Assembly: GCA_951812955.1 (NCBI GenBank)
Contig: OX638340.1
Location: forward strand, 3,264,001 to 3,328,000
Direction of reading: 5' to 3'
From: an uncultured Gemmatimonadota bacterium
Lineage (GTDB): Bacteria > JAAXHH01
DNA length: 64,000 bases
The position numbers and the translations under genes were made by a program. Shown in pieces: positions 1 through 9,737 of this stretch; positions within the stretch are counted from its first letter, which is position 1; every line of letters starts with the position of its first letter. The notes below the pieces were generated by a model. It was not told the origin of the DNA, searched no databases, and was given only the letters and a program-made list of their open reading frames with translations.

Positions 1-897
1 CGGAGCCGGGAGAAGTACCGATCATGCCTGCGAGGTGTTCCGGACCGATTGAACGGAGCAGGTCCAGACTGCGGCCGGTGGGACCGAAGACAAACACTTT
101 GTAGAGGCCGTGGTCCAGCGCTTCGCGCACGATGGTTTCCTGCTGTGGTTGAAAAGCGAGGACGACGAGCGCCTGCGTGTCTTCAAGGACGCCTTTGCTT
201 TCTTTCAGTTCTTCTACCAGGGTAGTCTTTTCGGGATCCGCCGCGACCCTGATGAGCTTCCCCTCCCACGCGTTCTCGAAAGCGTCCGCGATGCCCCGGC
301 CCCACACGTCGTCGCGGTAGATCATGCCCACGTTGCCGAATCCCAGTTCCAGCGTGATCTTCGCGAGGACCGGCCCCTGATCGTGGTCGGACAGGGTCGT
401 GCGAAAGAGGAAATCGTTATCCATGGCGGTCGTGAGCATGGGAGACGAAGAAGCCGGAGAGATCATGGGAATGCCGGCATCCGCGACCACGTCTTCCACG
501 ACCGCAAGCGTCGAAGAACTCGCCCAGGCGCCCACGATCGCGTGGACACCTTCATCTTCTACAAGGTCCATCGCCTCGGATACCGCGGTATCCTTGTCCA
601 GCTCCGTATCGGCGACCAGACCCTCGACCGGTTCTCCGAGCACACCCGTCTCGTTGATATGCGAGATCGCCATTTCGAATCCCCGTCGCATGAGTATGCC
701 GTGTTCCGAGCCACCCTCCGACAGGTCTATGAGCAGCCCGATCTTAAGCGCAGGCCGTTCGACCGGCTCCGGCGGTTCCGGAGGTTCAGGCGATACCGGA
801 TCCTCTTTGCCGCACGCCAACGCCAGGGTCATCATCAGGACGATCGGCAGCCAGGATCCACGGGTAAAGATCGATCCTCGCATTCCACGCATTTTCA
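1..897 (-). CDS. ABC transporter substrate-binding protein, periplasmic-binding-protein type 1 (LivK-like), lipoprotein; C-terminus lies beyond window start
   Basis: Minus-strand translation from ATG (revcomp of CAT at 895-897) gives MKMRGMRGSIFTRGSWLPIVLMMTLALACGKED... with lipobox LALAC, then IGLLIDLSEGG...GVHAIVGAWASS...typical of Leu/Ile/Val-binding protein family. Not in ORF track because it runs off the edge; track ORF 110-1207(+) is its antisense. Confidence 0.6.
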
Positions 898-1095
898 TGC
901 CTCCTGCGCATCACAGCGCTTTCCTTCGGGTAGTTCCGGTTGCGGGTTACGAATCCGTACCAGAGTAGATATACTGCGTACCGTTTTCCCTGTCATCCCT
1001 TTTCTTATCTGTCGCGCCGACAACAACTTGAGTTGGCATTGGCCACAGGCTGAATTGCCTTGCCGCTTCCCTACCGGCGGCATACATTCAACCCC

Positions 1096-2481
1096 ATGCC
1101 CGACCATACCGCCGATTCCTCGAAACCGGCCGATAAAGAGGTCCCGCCTTCCCAGATCCTCCGTCACGTCTGGGCCATCGCCTGGCCCGTCGTGGTCGCA
1201 TCGCTGATCGACGCCACCGAAGGACTCGTAGACATCTACTTCGTGGGATTCCTGGGTCCCGCGGCGATCTCCGCCATCGGCATGAGCCGGCAGATCGTAT
1301 TCATCGTCATGGTCATGGCCATTTCGATCACCGGGGGAACGAGGACGCTGGTAGCCCAGTACTACGGGGCGGGCAGGCACGGCGACGTGAGCCGGACCGG
1401 CCAGCAGGCGATCCTGATGGGTATATACCTGGCCCTGGGTCTCGCGGCCGTCAGCATCGTGCTCACCCGGCCCGCGCTGGTCCTCCTCGGCGCTCCGGAA
1501 GAGGTGCTTGCCCACGGCATCCTTTTCCTGAGACTCTATTTCGCCGGCATGATCTTCATGATCCTCAACTACGTGATGAGCGCCATCTTCGGAGGCGTCG
1601 GCGACACCCGCACCCCGCTGAAGATCTCCGTCATCGTCATAATCGTCAAATGCGCGACGTCCTACGCGCTTATCTTCGGAACCTGGGGAATGCCCGCAAT
1701 GGGCGTGGCCGGCGCGGCCGTGGGCATGATCATCTCCCGGCTGGCGGGATGCGTCATCGGGATGGCGATCCTGATCCGGGGCCGCGGACAGGTACGTCTC
1801 TCGAGAAAATGGCGCTTGAAACCGGACTGGAGCATCATGTCCCGCATGCTCGACATCGGTCTTCCATCGGGCGCGTCGGGGTTCTTCAGAAACGGTGCCC
1901 GTGTGCTCCTGTACCGGGTGATATCGGGGGTGAACCGGCCCACCGCGGCCATCGCGGCCCTGACTATGGGTTTTCAGATCCGCCTGTTCGCGATCATGCC
2001 CGCCCTGGCCTTCTCTGTCGCGGCGACCTCCCTGGTCGGACAGAGGCTCGGCGGACGCCAGATCCGGTCGGCCGAGCAATACGGCGGGCAGACGATCCTG
2101 CTTTGCATGGTCATGATCGGGGCCGGTTCGGCCTTGATCTGGATATTCGCCCATGCGATCGCAGCCGTATTCACGACGGACGAGATGGTCCTAGGCATCA
2201 GCTCCGACATGCTGCGTTTCTTCGCCATCGCCCAGGTATTCTCCGCTCTGTCCATCGTGGCCAGCGGCGTGCTGGCCGGCGGCGGCGAGACCCGGCCGTC
2301 CCTGTACTACACGCTGTTCTCGCAGTGGGGCATCATGCTCGTGTTTTCCTACGTCCTCGCTTTTCCCCTCGGGCTGGACGTGACGGGCATATGGATCGCC
2401 TGGCTCGCCGCGGCCGTTTTGCAGGGCCTGCTTACGCTCAAGCGCTTTTTCAAGGGAACCTGGAAAAGGGCGGTAGTCTGA
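1096..2481 (+). CDS. MATE family multidrug/toxin efflux transporter
   Basis: 12-TM hydrophobic profile, motifs typical of NorM/DinF-type MATE pumps (LIDATEGLVDIYFVGFLG..., ...GMPAMGVAGAAVG...). ATG at 1096 preferred over track TTG start at 1060. Confidence 0.8.
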   Translation: MPDHTADSSKPADKEVPPSQILRHVWAIAWPVVVASLIDATEGLVDIYFVGFLGPAAISAIGMSRQIVFIVMVMAISITGGTRTLVAQYYGAGRHGDVSRTGQQAILMGIYLALGLAAVSIVLTRPALVLLGAPEEVLAHGILFLRLYFAGMIFMILNYVMSAIFGGVGDTRTPLKISVIVIIVKCATSYALIFGTWGMPAMGVAGAAVGMIISRLAGCVIGMAILIRGRGQVRLSRKWRLKPDWSIMSRMLDIGLPSGASGFFRNGARVLLYRVISGVNRPTAAIAALTMGFQIRLFAIMPALAFSVAATSLVGQRLGGRQIRSAEQYGGQTILLCMVMIGAGSALIWIFAHAIAAVFTTDEMVLGISSDMLRFFAIAQVFSALSIVASGVLAGGGETRPSLYYTLFSQWGIMLVFSYVLAFPLGLDVTGIWIAWLAAAVLQGLLTLKRFFKGTWKRAVV

Positions 2482-2528
2482 CGGTGAAACGGTGTTCGGG
2501 GGGAGAACGTGGCGCCTGAGGTCAGGCG

Positions 2529-3176
2529 CTACTCACGCAGCATCCGAATGCCATTTGCGATACCGTCCGGATGCTTGAATACGGCCGTGGCGGCCACCAG
2601 GATGTTTACGCCGGCCGACACGGCGTCGGGCGCGGTATCGGCGTTCACGCCGCCGTCCACCTCCAGGTCGCATTCGAGTCCCCGGTCCGTTATGGACCCT
2701 CGGACCTGCCGGATCTTCGGCAGTACGGAATCGATGAACCGTTGCCCCGAGAACCCCGGGTTGACGGACATGACAAGGACGAGGTCGAGTTCGTCGATAA
2801 TCTCGTCGAGGACGTGTGCCGGCGTGGCCGGATTCAGGGCGACCCCGGCCTGAATGCCCCGTTCCCTGACGGACTGCACCACCCTGTGTAGATGAGGCGT
2901 GTTCTCCTGGTGCACGATAATCACGTCCGCCCCGGCGTCCATGAATACTCCGACATACCGGTCCGGTTCCTCGATCATCAAGTGGGCCTCGAGCGGCAGG
3001 TCCGTGAGAGAGTCGATTGCCTCGACGATGAAGGGTCCCATGGAGATATTCGGCACGAACCGGCCATCCATGACGTCGATATGTATCCGGTCTGCGCCGG
3101 CGCGTTCCACCGCTCGGACCTCCTCGGCCAGCCGGGTGAAATCCGCCGACAGGATGGATGGCGAGATCTGGATCAC
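2529..3176 (-). CDS. rpe: ribulose-phosphate 3-epimerase
   Basis: VIQISPSILSADF...HIDVMDGRFVPN...MSVNPGFSGQ...EVDGG matches Rpe throughout; likely GTG start (VIQISPS) overlapping gnd stop by 4 nt (GTGA). N-terminal extension in track ORF judged spurious. Confidence 0.85.
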   Translation of the reverse strand: MIQISPSILSADFTRLAEEVRAVERAGADRIHIDVMDGRFVPNISMGPFIVEAIDSLTDLPLEAHLMIEEPDRYVGVFMDAGADVIIVHQENTPHLHRVVQSVRERGIQAGVALNPATPAHVLDEIIDELDLVLVMSVNPGFSGQRFIDSVLPKIRQVRGSITDRGLECDLEVDGGVNADTAPDAVSAGVNILVAATAVFKHPDGIANGIRMLRE

Positions 3177-4237
3177 GGTCCTCCCCCGTTCGGTTTCTGT
3201 TCCACGTGTCCTCCGAACTGGTGGCGCAGGGCCGAAAGCACCCGCGCCGCGTAGGAATCGTCCTGACGCGACTGGAACCTGGTGAACAGCGAGGCCGTGA
3301 GCACGTGGGCGGGCACGTCTTCCTCGATGGCCGTCTGCACGGTCCACCTGCCCTCCCCGGAGTCCTGCACGTATCCGGAATAGGCCGACAGGTCCCGATC
3401 CTCCCGCAGGGAAATCTCAAGAAGATCCAGCAGCCAGGAACTGACCACGCTCCCGTGCCGCCACACTTCGGCTATGTCATGCAGGTCCAGGTCGTACCGA
3501 TGGCGTGGGTCCACGCGGTCTGACCCGGATTCCCGGAGGATTTCAAGTCCTTCTGCAAAGGCCTGCATCATGCCGTATTCGATCCCGTTGTGGATCATCT
3601 TGACGAAGTGCCCCGCGCCTGCCGGTCCCACGTGTACATAGCCCTTCCGGGCGTTTGAGCCGTGAGCGTCCGCCGATCCCAGAGTGTCCGTCGAACCCGC
3701 AACGTCCGTCGGATCCGGAGCGTCCGTCGATCCCGACGCTTCGCGATTCTGCGCCTCGCCACCCTTCCCGGGACCGGGGGCCAGCGTCCGGAAAAGCGGG
3801 TCCAGGCGTTCGACGATCCCCGCGGGACCTCCGATGGTCATGCAATAGCCTCTCTCAAGGCCCCAGACGCCACCGCTGGTACCCACGTCGACGTAGTGCA
3901 GCTTGCGGGCGGACAGTTTCTCGGCGCGGGCGACGTCGTCCTTGAAATAGGTGTTTCCTCCGTCGATGACGGTATCGCCCGGAAACAGTGCTTCGGCCAG
4001 TTCGTCAATGGTCCGTTCAGTGACGTCGCCGGCCGGCACCATGACCCAGACCGCGCGGGGAGCGTGGAGACCGGCCACGAGATCGCACAGCGTGGATGCG
4101 CCGGTAGCGCCTTCTTGCTCCGCCCGGCCGATCGCTGAGCTGTCCCGGTCGTACGCGACGACTTCGTGGCCGCCGCGCAGCAACCGCCGCGTCATGTTGC
4201 CGCCCATCCGGCCGAGTCCGACCATGCCCAACTGCAT
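3173..4237 (-). CDS. gnd: 6-phosphogluconate dehydrogenase (decarboxylating), short Gnd-like form, with ~45-aa low-complexity insertion
   Basis: MQLGMVGLGRMGGNM Rossmann N-terminus, ...YVDVGTSGG..., ...HFVKMIHNGIEYGMMQ... typical 6PGDH motifs; internal GSTDAP/DPTDVA/GSTDTL/GSADAH repeat insert. Confidence 0.85.
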   Translation of the reverse strand: MQLGMVGLGRMGGNMTRRLLRGGHEVVAYDRDSSAIGRAEQEGATGASTLCDLVAGLHAPRAVWVMVPAGDVTERTIDELAEALFPGDTVIDGGNTYFKDDVARAEKLSARKLHYVDVGTSGGVWGLERGYCMTIGGPAGIVERLDPLFRTLAPGPGKGGEAQNREASGSTDAPDPTDVAGSTDTLGSADAHGSNARKGYVHVGPAGAGHFVKMIHNGIEYGMMQAFAEGLEILRESGSDRVDPRHRYDLDLHDIAEVWRHGSVVSSWLLDLLEISLREDRDLSAYSGYVQDSGEGRWTVQTAIEEDVPAHVLTASLFTRFQSRQDDSYAARVLSALRHQFGGHVEQKPNGGGP

Positions 4238-4278
4238 GCGCGCCTCCCCTGGTCTCCGACGATAATTTCAGCAGGCGA

Positions 4279-5406
4279 TCAGGCCGGCTGCAGACGCTTT
4301 TGTTCTATGGCTTCCATCAGTTTCACGAAGGGGTCCACGAATTTCATCACCCCTTCTTCCACAAGCTGGTCGGATACCCGTTCCATCGAGATTCCGGCTT
4401 TCTCCACATTGGCCAGAACCGATCCGGCTTCGTCGATATTGGCTTCAAGGGTGTCGGACAGGCGCCCGTGATCGCGGAAAGCGCTCAGGGTTTCATCGGG
4501 CAGGGTATTGATGGTGTCTTTTCCGATCAATTCCTCGACGTACAGCACGTCCCGGTAGTCAGGGTTCTTGGTACTCGTGCTGGCCCACAGCAGCCGTTGC
4601 GGCCTGGCGCCTTTTTCGGCCAGCGCGTTCCAGCGCGGTGTCTCGTACAGCGCCTTGTACAGTTGGTAGGTCGTCTTGCCGTTGGCGATGGCTGTCTTGC
4701 CGATCAGGCCCCGGATCATGGCACGTACCTCCGGATCGTCGGCCTGCTCTTCCCGTTCCGCCAGCAATGCGTCGACGAGCGTATCGATCCGGCTGATGAA
4801 GAAACTGGCCACGCTCGCCGTGCCGCCGATCGCTCCCCCCGCGGCAAGGCGGTCCTCGAGCCCGCCGATGTAGGCTTCGGCCACGGTCTCGTACACGGCC
4901 CTGGAGAACAGCAGCGTTACGTTGATATTCAATCCCTCGCCGATCAACCGCCGAACGGCCGGTATGCCCGCCCGGGTCGCCGGTACCTTGATCATCACGT
5001 TCCTGCGGTCCACTTCCTCCCACAGCCGCCTGGCTTCCGCGACCGTTCCCGCAGTGTCATCAGCGAGTTCCGGCGATACCTCCAGACTCACGTAACCGTC
5101 GGCGCCTTCGGTGGCGTCATACACGGCGGAAAGCCGATCGGCGGCCTGCCGTATATCCGCAACCGCAAGTGCCTCGTAGATTTCCACGGCGTTGCGGCCC
5201 TGTGCCGCCAACAGCCCGATGTCGTCATCGTAATCCGTACTCCCCATGATGGCTTTCTCGAAAATGGCCGGATTCGAGGTCATGCCCTTCAGCCCGTCCT
5301 CATCGATCAGTCTGCTCAACCGGCCCGATGCGATCAGGTCGCGGCTGATGTTGTCCAGCCAGAAGCTCTGGCCGTGCCGTGCGAGTTGGACGAGAGGATT
5401 AGCCAT
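4279..5406 (-). CDS. tal: transaldolase (long, ~370-aa form)
   Basis: MANPLVQL...QSFWLDNISR...GMTSNPAIFEKA...VSLEVSP...IKVPAT typical transaldolase signature. Confidence 0.9.
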   Translation of the reverse strand: MANPLVQLARHGQSFWLDNISRDLIASGRLSRLIDEDGLKGMTSNPAIFEKAIMGSTDYDDDIGLLAAQGRNAVEIYEALAVADIRQAADRLSAVYDATEGADGYVSLEVSPELADDTAGTVAEARRLWEEVDRRNVMIKVPATRAGIPAVRRLIGEGLNINVTLLFSRAVYETVAEAYIGGLEDRLAAGGAIGGTASVASFFISRIDTLVDALLAEREEQADDPEVRAMIRGLIGKTAIANGKTTYQLYKALYETPRWNALAEKGARPQRLLWASTSTKNPDYRDVLYVEELIGKDTINTLPDETLSAFRDHGRLSDTLEANIDEAGSVLANVEKAGISMERVSDQLVEEGVMKFVDPFVKLMEAIEQKRLQPA

Positions 5407-5508
5407 GGCGGATTCCTTTGTGCGCCGCGCAGCGGCGTGAACACGTGGTCCGTGCCGGCGCCAGGACGCCCGGTTCGGGCAGGCCGACGTACGGATCGTG
5501 CCGGTGGT

Positions 5509-6471
5509 TCAGGGTAACAGGACGATTTTCCCATATGCGCCCGGTTCCATCACGGCGACATGGGACTGCGCCGCTTCGGCCAGCGGCAACTCCTTGCCGA
5601 CCACCGGGTTGAGGGTTCCGTTTTCCAGTCCGGCGTACAACCCCGCGTGGATCGCGGCCAGGTCTTCCTCCGGGGCCAGCAGCAGGACCATGCCCAGGAT
5701 ACTGGCGTCGCGTGCCATGGCGTCCCGGGGGTTGATCTCGATCACGCCCCGGTTTCCGATGACGACGACTCTTCCGCCGAAGGCCAGCATGTTCAGGTCC
5801 CTGTCCAGATTGACGTTCGCCAACATTTCCATGATCACGTCGACGCCCCGGCCGCCGGTGAGATTCAAAATCTGATCCGTGTAGTCGGCTTCATGATGAT
5901 CGACCACGTGATGGGCGCCCTGTTCCGATACCAGGGCCGCGCCACGTTCGGAACCGGCCGTCCCGATGACCGTCATGCCGGCCGCCCGCGCGAGCTGTAC
6001 GGCCGCGATGCCGACTCCGCCACTGGCGCCGTGAACGAGTACGGTTTCTCCGGCCCGGCCCGACGCCCGCTGAAAAAGGCCGCGCCAGGCCGTCGCGTAG
6101 GGCACGTATACCCCCGCGCCTTGCGCGTAGGACACGTTCTCCGGCAGCGGATGGACCTGGTTCGCGGAACAAAGGGCCTGAGATGCGTAGGTACCGGTGA
6201 GCGTGCCGGCCAGGTACACCCGGTCGCCCACCGAGACGTGGGCGGTATCGTCACCGACCGCGGCCACGGTGCCGGCGCCGTCCATGCCCGGCGTGAACGG
6301 CAGGTCGGGTTTCATGGCGTAAGTGCCCGCGCGGATATAGGTGTCCACCGGATTCACGCCGGCGGCCTGCAGGTCCACCAGGATCTGCCCGTGGCCGGCC
6401 TGCAGGTCCGGGCAGGATTCGAGGTTCATAACGCCTGGTTCGCCGAACTCGTGAATTCGAATCGCTTCCAT
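5509..6471 (-). CDS. NADPH:quinone oxidoreductase / zinc-type alcohol dehydrogenase-like (MDR superfamily)
   Basis: MEAIRIHEFGEPGVMNLE..., GASGGVGIAAVQLARAAGMTVIGTAG cofactor-binding motif; start taken at internal ATG (MEAIRI). Confidence 0.8.
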   Translation of the reverse strand: MEAIRIHEFGEPGVMNLESCPDLQAGHGQILVDLQAAGVNPVDTYIRAGTYAMKPDLPFTPGMDGAGTVAAVGDDTAHVSVGDRVYLAGTLTGTYASQALCSANQVHPLPENVSYAQGAGVYVPYATAWRGLFQRASGRAGETVLVHGASGGVGIAAVQLARAAGMTVIGTAGSERGAALVSEQGAHHVVDHHEADYTDQILNLTGGRGVDVIMEMLANVNLDRDLNMLAFGGRVVVIGNRGVIEINPRDAMARDASILGMVLLLAPEEDLAAIHAGLYAGLENGTLNPVVGKELPLAEAAQSHVAVMEPGAYGKIVLLP

Positions 6472-6493
6472 GTTACGTCTCCTCAATTCGGTG

Positions 6494-7807
6494 TCAGCCG
6501 CAGAGTGCTTCCATTACTTCGTAGAGCATCCTTGGGCCCCGTTCCATGTTCTCCACGGAGATGCGTTCGTCGTTGCCGTGGATACGTCGAAGTTCTTCGT
6601 CAACCAGCAGAAAAGGCATGAAGCCGTAGCAGTGTATACCCAGTTCGCGGAAGTAGTGGCTGTCCGTGAAACCCGAGAGAATGTTCGGTACGACCTCCGC
6701 GCGCTCATGGTGCCGGGATACGACGTCGCGCACCGCGTCGACCAGGTGCGAATCGAAGGGTGAGGACGTGTTCCCGAAGTTCAGTATGGTCTCCATTTCG
6801 ATCCCGTCGTCGCCGACCACGTTTTTCAAGTCCCGGACGAAGTCTCCGGGATCTTCACCCGGTAGCAGCCTGCAGTCCAGTTCGGCCGTCGCCGCCTGGG
6901 GTATGATATTGATTTTGTCGCTGCCCTGCAACATGGTTATCGAGATGGTATTGCGGAGAATCGCCGCGTAATGCTGGTTACGGAGCAGGTCCGACAGGAA
7001 CAGGCCGTCCCGGACGGACTCCCTTATATTCGAGAAGCGTTTGCGGTAACCGTCTTTCTGCAGGTGCGCGATGCCTTCGAAGTACCGCTCGGCCGCGTCC
7101 GTCACCTTGATCGGCGGCGTGTAGGCCATGATGGCATTCAGGGCGCGTATGAGCCGGTTAACGGCGGAATGGGGTTTCGGGCGGGAACCGTGGCCGGGTT
7201 CGCCGCGTGCGACCAGGCGGATCCAGAAAGGCGATTTCTCGGTGATGTCGATGGAATAGACGGCCCTGCCGTTTTCCAGTCGGCCCTTGCCGCTTTCGTT
7301 GATCAGAAACTCCGCGTCCGAGACGAGTTCCGGCCGGTTCCGGGTGATCCAGCGGGCGCCGGCCGCTCCGCCGGCCTCCTCGTCGGCGGTGACGAGAAAG
7401 ACGACGTCCCGTTTCAGGGGAAAATGGTTCCTGTGCAGCGCTAGAAACACCACCAGTTCGGCGATGCCCAGGTTCTTCATGTCCAGCGCGCCCCGTCCCC
7501 AGATGTATCCGTCCCGGACCAACCCGGCGAAGGGATCGACCGACCAATACGCGCGGTCGGCGGGAACCACGTCGCTGTGACTCAGCAACACGACGGCCCG
7601 TTTCGAATCGTCCCCTCTCAGCCTCGCGTAGAGGTTGGACCGGCCCGGAGCGGATTGGTGGACCTGGCAGTCGATGCCTTCTTCGGTAAGGACACGGTCC
7701 AGGAAGGCGGTCGCGCGGTCCTCGTTGCCTGGAGGATTCGTCGTGTCGATCCGCAGGTACTCGCTCAGCAGTTGTACGGCTTCCCGCCCCATCGCGTTCC
7801 AGTCCAA
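6494..7807 (-). CDS. M20 family metallopeptidase (CPG2/ArgE/DapE-like dipeptidase)
   Basis: ...LLSHSDVVP...GRGALDMKN...LVTADEEAGG... zinc-ligand motifs of the M20 family. Confidence 0.8.
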   Translation of the reverse strand: MDWNAMGREAVQLLSEYLRIDTTNPPGNEDRATAFLDRVLTEEGIDCQVHQSAPGRSNLYARLRGDDSKRAVVLLSHSDVVPADRAYWSVDPFAGLVRDGYIWGRGALDMKNLGIAELVVFLALHRNHFPLKRDVVFLVTADEEAGGAAGARWITRNRPELVSDAEFLINESGKGRLENGRAVYSIDITEKSPFWIRLVARGEPGHGSRPKPHSAVNRLIRALNAIMAYTPPIKVTDAAERYFEGIAHLQKDGYRKRFSNIRESVRDGLFLSDLLRNQHYAAILRNTISITMLQGSDKINIIPQAATAELDCRLLPGEDPGDFVRDLKNVVGDDGIEMETILNFGNTSSPFDSHLVDAVRDVVSRHHERAEVVPNILSGFTDSHYFRELGIHCYGFMPFLLVDEELRRIHGNDERISVENMERGPRMLYEVMEALCG

Positions 7808-7811
7808 AGTC

Positions 7812-8810
7812 CTAGCTGCTCCCTTCGGTTTGCACCGCCTGTTTGATCACGGCAATGGCGGCGAGATCGCCCACTTCGTCTCCCAGCCCGGCGGCTTCTA
7901 CGCGCACCGTGTCGTAAACCCGCTCCCAGGTTTCTCGCCGCAGGTAATCGCGAATGGGTTCCAGGAGCAGATCCCCGGCTTTGACCAGGATGGTGCCGAT
8001 TACGATGATTTCCGGGTTCAACACATTCACGATGTTGCCCAGTCCGGTGGCCATGTACCTTGCCGTCTCGTCCACGATTTGCCGCGCACAAGGGTCGTTC
8101 TTCCTGGCCGCGTCCATGACGGTTTCCGCCGTAATGCGGTCCGGGTCGCCGCCTGCGAATGCGATCAGGAGCGAGTCCGGCGCCGCTTGCGCCTTCTCCC
8201 GGGCCCGCCTGGCGATCGATGGTCCCGAACACAGGGACTCGAGGCAACCGCGCTTTCCGCAACCGCAGGCCGGTCCGTTCTCGACGATGGTCATGTGCCC
8301 CACTTCGCCGGCCGTGTCGTTCGGACCGCGGTAGAGCCTGCCGTCGAGTATGATGCCGCCGCCGATGCCGGTGCTCATGGTCATGTATACCATGTGGCGG
8401 AAGCCCCGGCCGGCCCCGAAGGACCACTCCGCGAGGGCGCACGCGTTGGCGTCGTTCTCGACGAATGCCGGCAGCGACAGCGCATCTTCGAGCCACGCTT
8501 TAAGCGGTACCTCGTCCCAGCCCGGTAGATTGGGCGGCGCGTAGACCACGCCGGTTTCCGTGTCCAGGGGGCCGCCGCAACTAACGCCGACACCGGCCAG
8601 GTCCGACGAGGAGAGGCAGGCGCGCGCCATGGCTTCGCGGGACATGTCCACCAGCGTCGCCACCACGGCTTCCGGTCCCCGATCGGCTTCCGTCGGCCGC
8701 CGGACTTTGTGCAGGATGTTCCCGTTCCGGTCGGCGATTACCACGGCCAGCTTGGTTCCGCCGACGTCGTGGCCCAGAAGGTAAGGGGCGTTCCGGTCTG
8801 GCTGGGACAT
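7812..8810 (-). CDS. ROK family sugar kinase (glucokinase/N-acetylglucosamine kinase-like)
   Basis: LGHDVGGTKLAVVIAD N-terminal ATP motif, ...NDANACALAE..., ROK zinc motif GHMTIVENGPACGCGKRGCLE. Confidence 0.8.
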   Translation of the reverse strand: MSQPDRNAPYLLGHDVGGTKLAVVIADRNGNILHKVRRPTEADRGPEAVVATLVDMSREAMARACLSSSDLAGVGVSCGGPLDTETGVVYAPPNLPGWDEVPLKAWLEDALSLPAFVENDANACALAEWSFGAGRGFRHMVYMTMSTGIGGGIILDGRLYRGPNDTAGEVGHMTIVENGPACGCGKRGCLESLCSGPSIARRAREKAQAAPDSLLIAFAGGDPDRITAETVMDAARKNDPCARQIVDETARYMATGLGNIVNVLNPEIIVIGTILVKAGDLLLEPIRDYLRRETWERVYDTVRVEAAGLGDEVGDLAAIAVIKQAVQTEGSS

Positions 8811-8909
8811 GGTCGCGGGTCAGGGAATGGATCCGGCAGTTAAAAAACCGCCTTCCGGTTTTGCAGGAAAGCATGCAGTAATTATAGCGCGCGGGCGTCT
8901 TATGTCAAC

Positions 8910-8955
8910 TGCTTTCAATCGGTTGTCACGCGTGCTTTCAATCGGTTGTCACGCG
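8910..8955 (+). repeat. perfect 2 x 23-bp tandem direct repeat TGCTTTCAATCGGTTGTCACGCG in divergent intergenic region
   Basis: Read directly; lies between the ROK kinase gene (minus) and membrane-protein gene (plus); followed by TTGACA -35-like hexamer at ~8977. Confidence 0.85.
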
Positions 8956-9108
8956 GTTCGGCGCAGTCAAAAACAGATTGACAGCAACGGTCCGAACCGG
9001 GCATTTTGCAGGAGTCTGCAGGCCGCTGACCAACACGTGCGGCCTCGACCTCGACGCACGGATCCGCGGCCGTTCGACGGTCCGCTCAGGAATGGGAGGA
9101 AGACGGTT

Positions 9109-9609
9109 ATGCTGTTTGATACCAAGATACTGTGGATGTGGCTGCACGTACTGGGCGTCGTACTCTGGGCGGGCGGTTTCTTCTACGTCCTCGTCGCGCT
9201 CACCCCGGCGCTCCGGTCGGGCAGGGCATCGGAGGAGCGCGTGGAGATCATGCGCAGGACCGGCGCCATATTCCGGCGCGTTTCCTGGACGGCGATCATC
9301 ATCCTGGTCGTGAGCGGTTCGTTCAGCCTGTACAACCGGATCATGGATGGGTTAGCCGCCCGGGCGATGTCGTCCCAGCCGGAGCTTTATCCGCTGCTTC
9401 CCCCGGGCTACGAAGCGCTGATGACCGTCAAGCTCCTGATCGTCATCGCGCTGATCGTGCACCACGCGGTCAGGCTGCTGGAACCCCGGGTCCTCGATGA
9501 CGGCAGTATCGGTTTCAAGTCCAGGGCGTCGGGTATCGTGGGCGCCGTGCTTTTCGCTGCGGCGGTGCTGTTAGGCCTGATCCTGCTGACCATGAACGTC
9601 TCTGTCTGA
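9109..9609 (+). CDS. hypothetical integral membrane protein (4 predicted TM helices)
   Basis: MLFDTKILWMWLHVLGVVLWAGGFFYVLVAL... strongly hydrophobic segments; start at internal ATG of track ORF 8809-9609; upstream part of that ORF looks non-coding. Confidence 0.5.
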   Translation: MLFDTKILWMWLHVLGVVLWAGGFFYVLVALTPALRSGRASEERVEIMRRTGAIFRRVSWTAIIILVVSGSFSLYNRIMDGLAARAMSSQPELYPLLPPGYEALMTVKLLIVIALIVHHAVRLLEPRVLDDGSIGFKSRASGIVGAVLFAAAVLLGLILLTMNVSV

Positions 9610-9737
9610 ATCTGCGAACGAGAGCCCCGGGCATGCCGCGGGACGGAGAACGGGCCGGACGCCGCTTCCATCTTAAGGGCTTCGGCGCTGCAGTTCACCG
9701 TTGAAGCGGCCATCCATCAGGCCAGGGAGGCCTGTCC

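Noticed and set aside
110-1207. 365-aa plus-strand ORF at window start
   Set aside because: Antisense to a convincing lipoprotein substrate-binding protein gene on the minus strand (1-897); product is Arg/Pro/His-rich with no domain-like features, typical high-GC antisense ORF.
895-2154. 419-aa minus-strand ORF
   Set aside because: Entirely antisense to the MATE transporter gene; Arg/Gly/Asp-rich low-complexity translation.
2533-3420. 295-aa alternative-frame ORF over rpe, and N-terminal extension of the rpe ORF to 3347
   Set aside because: Rpe homology begins at VIQISPSILSADF; the extension overlaps the gnd coding region and is Arg/Gly-rich nonsense.
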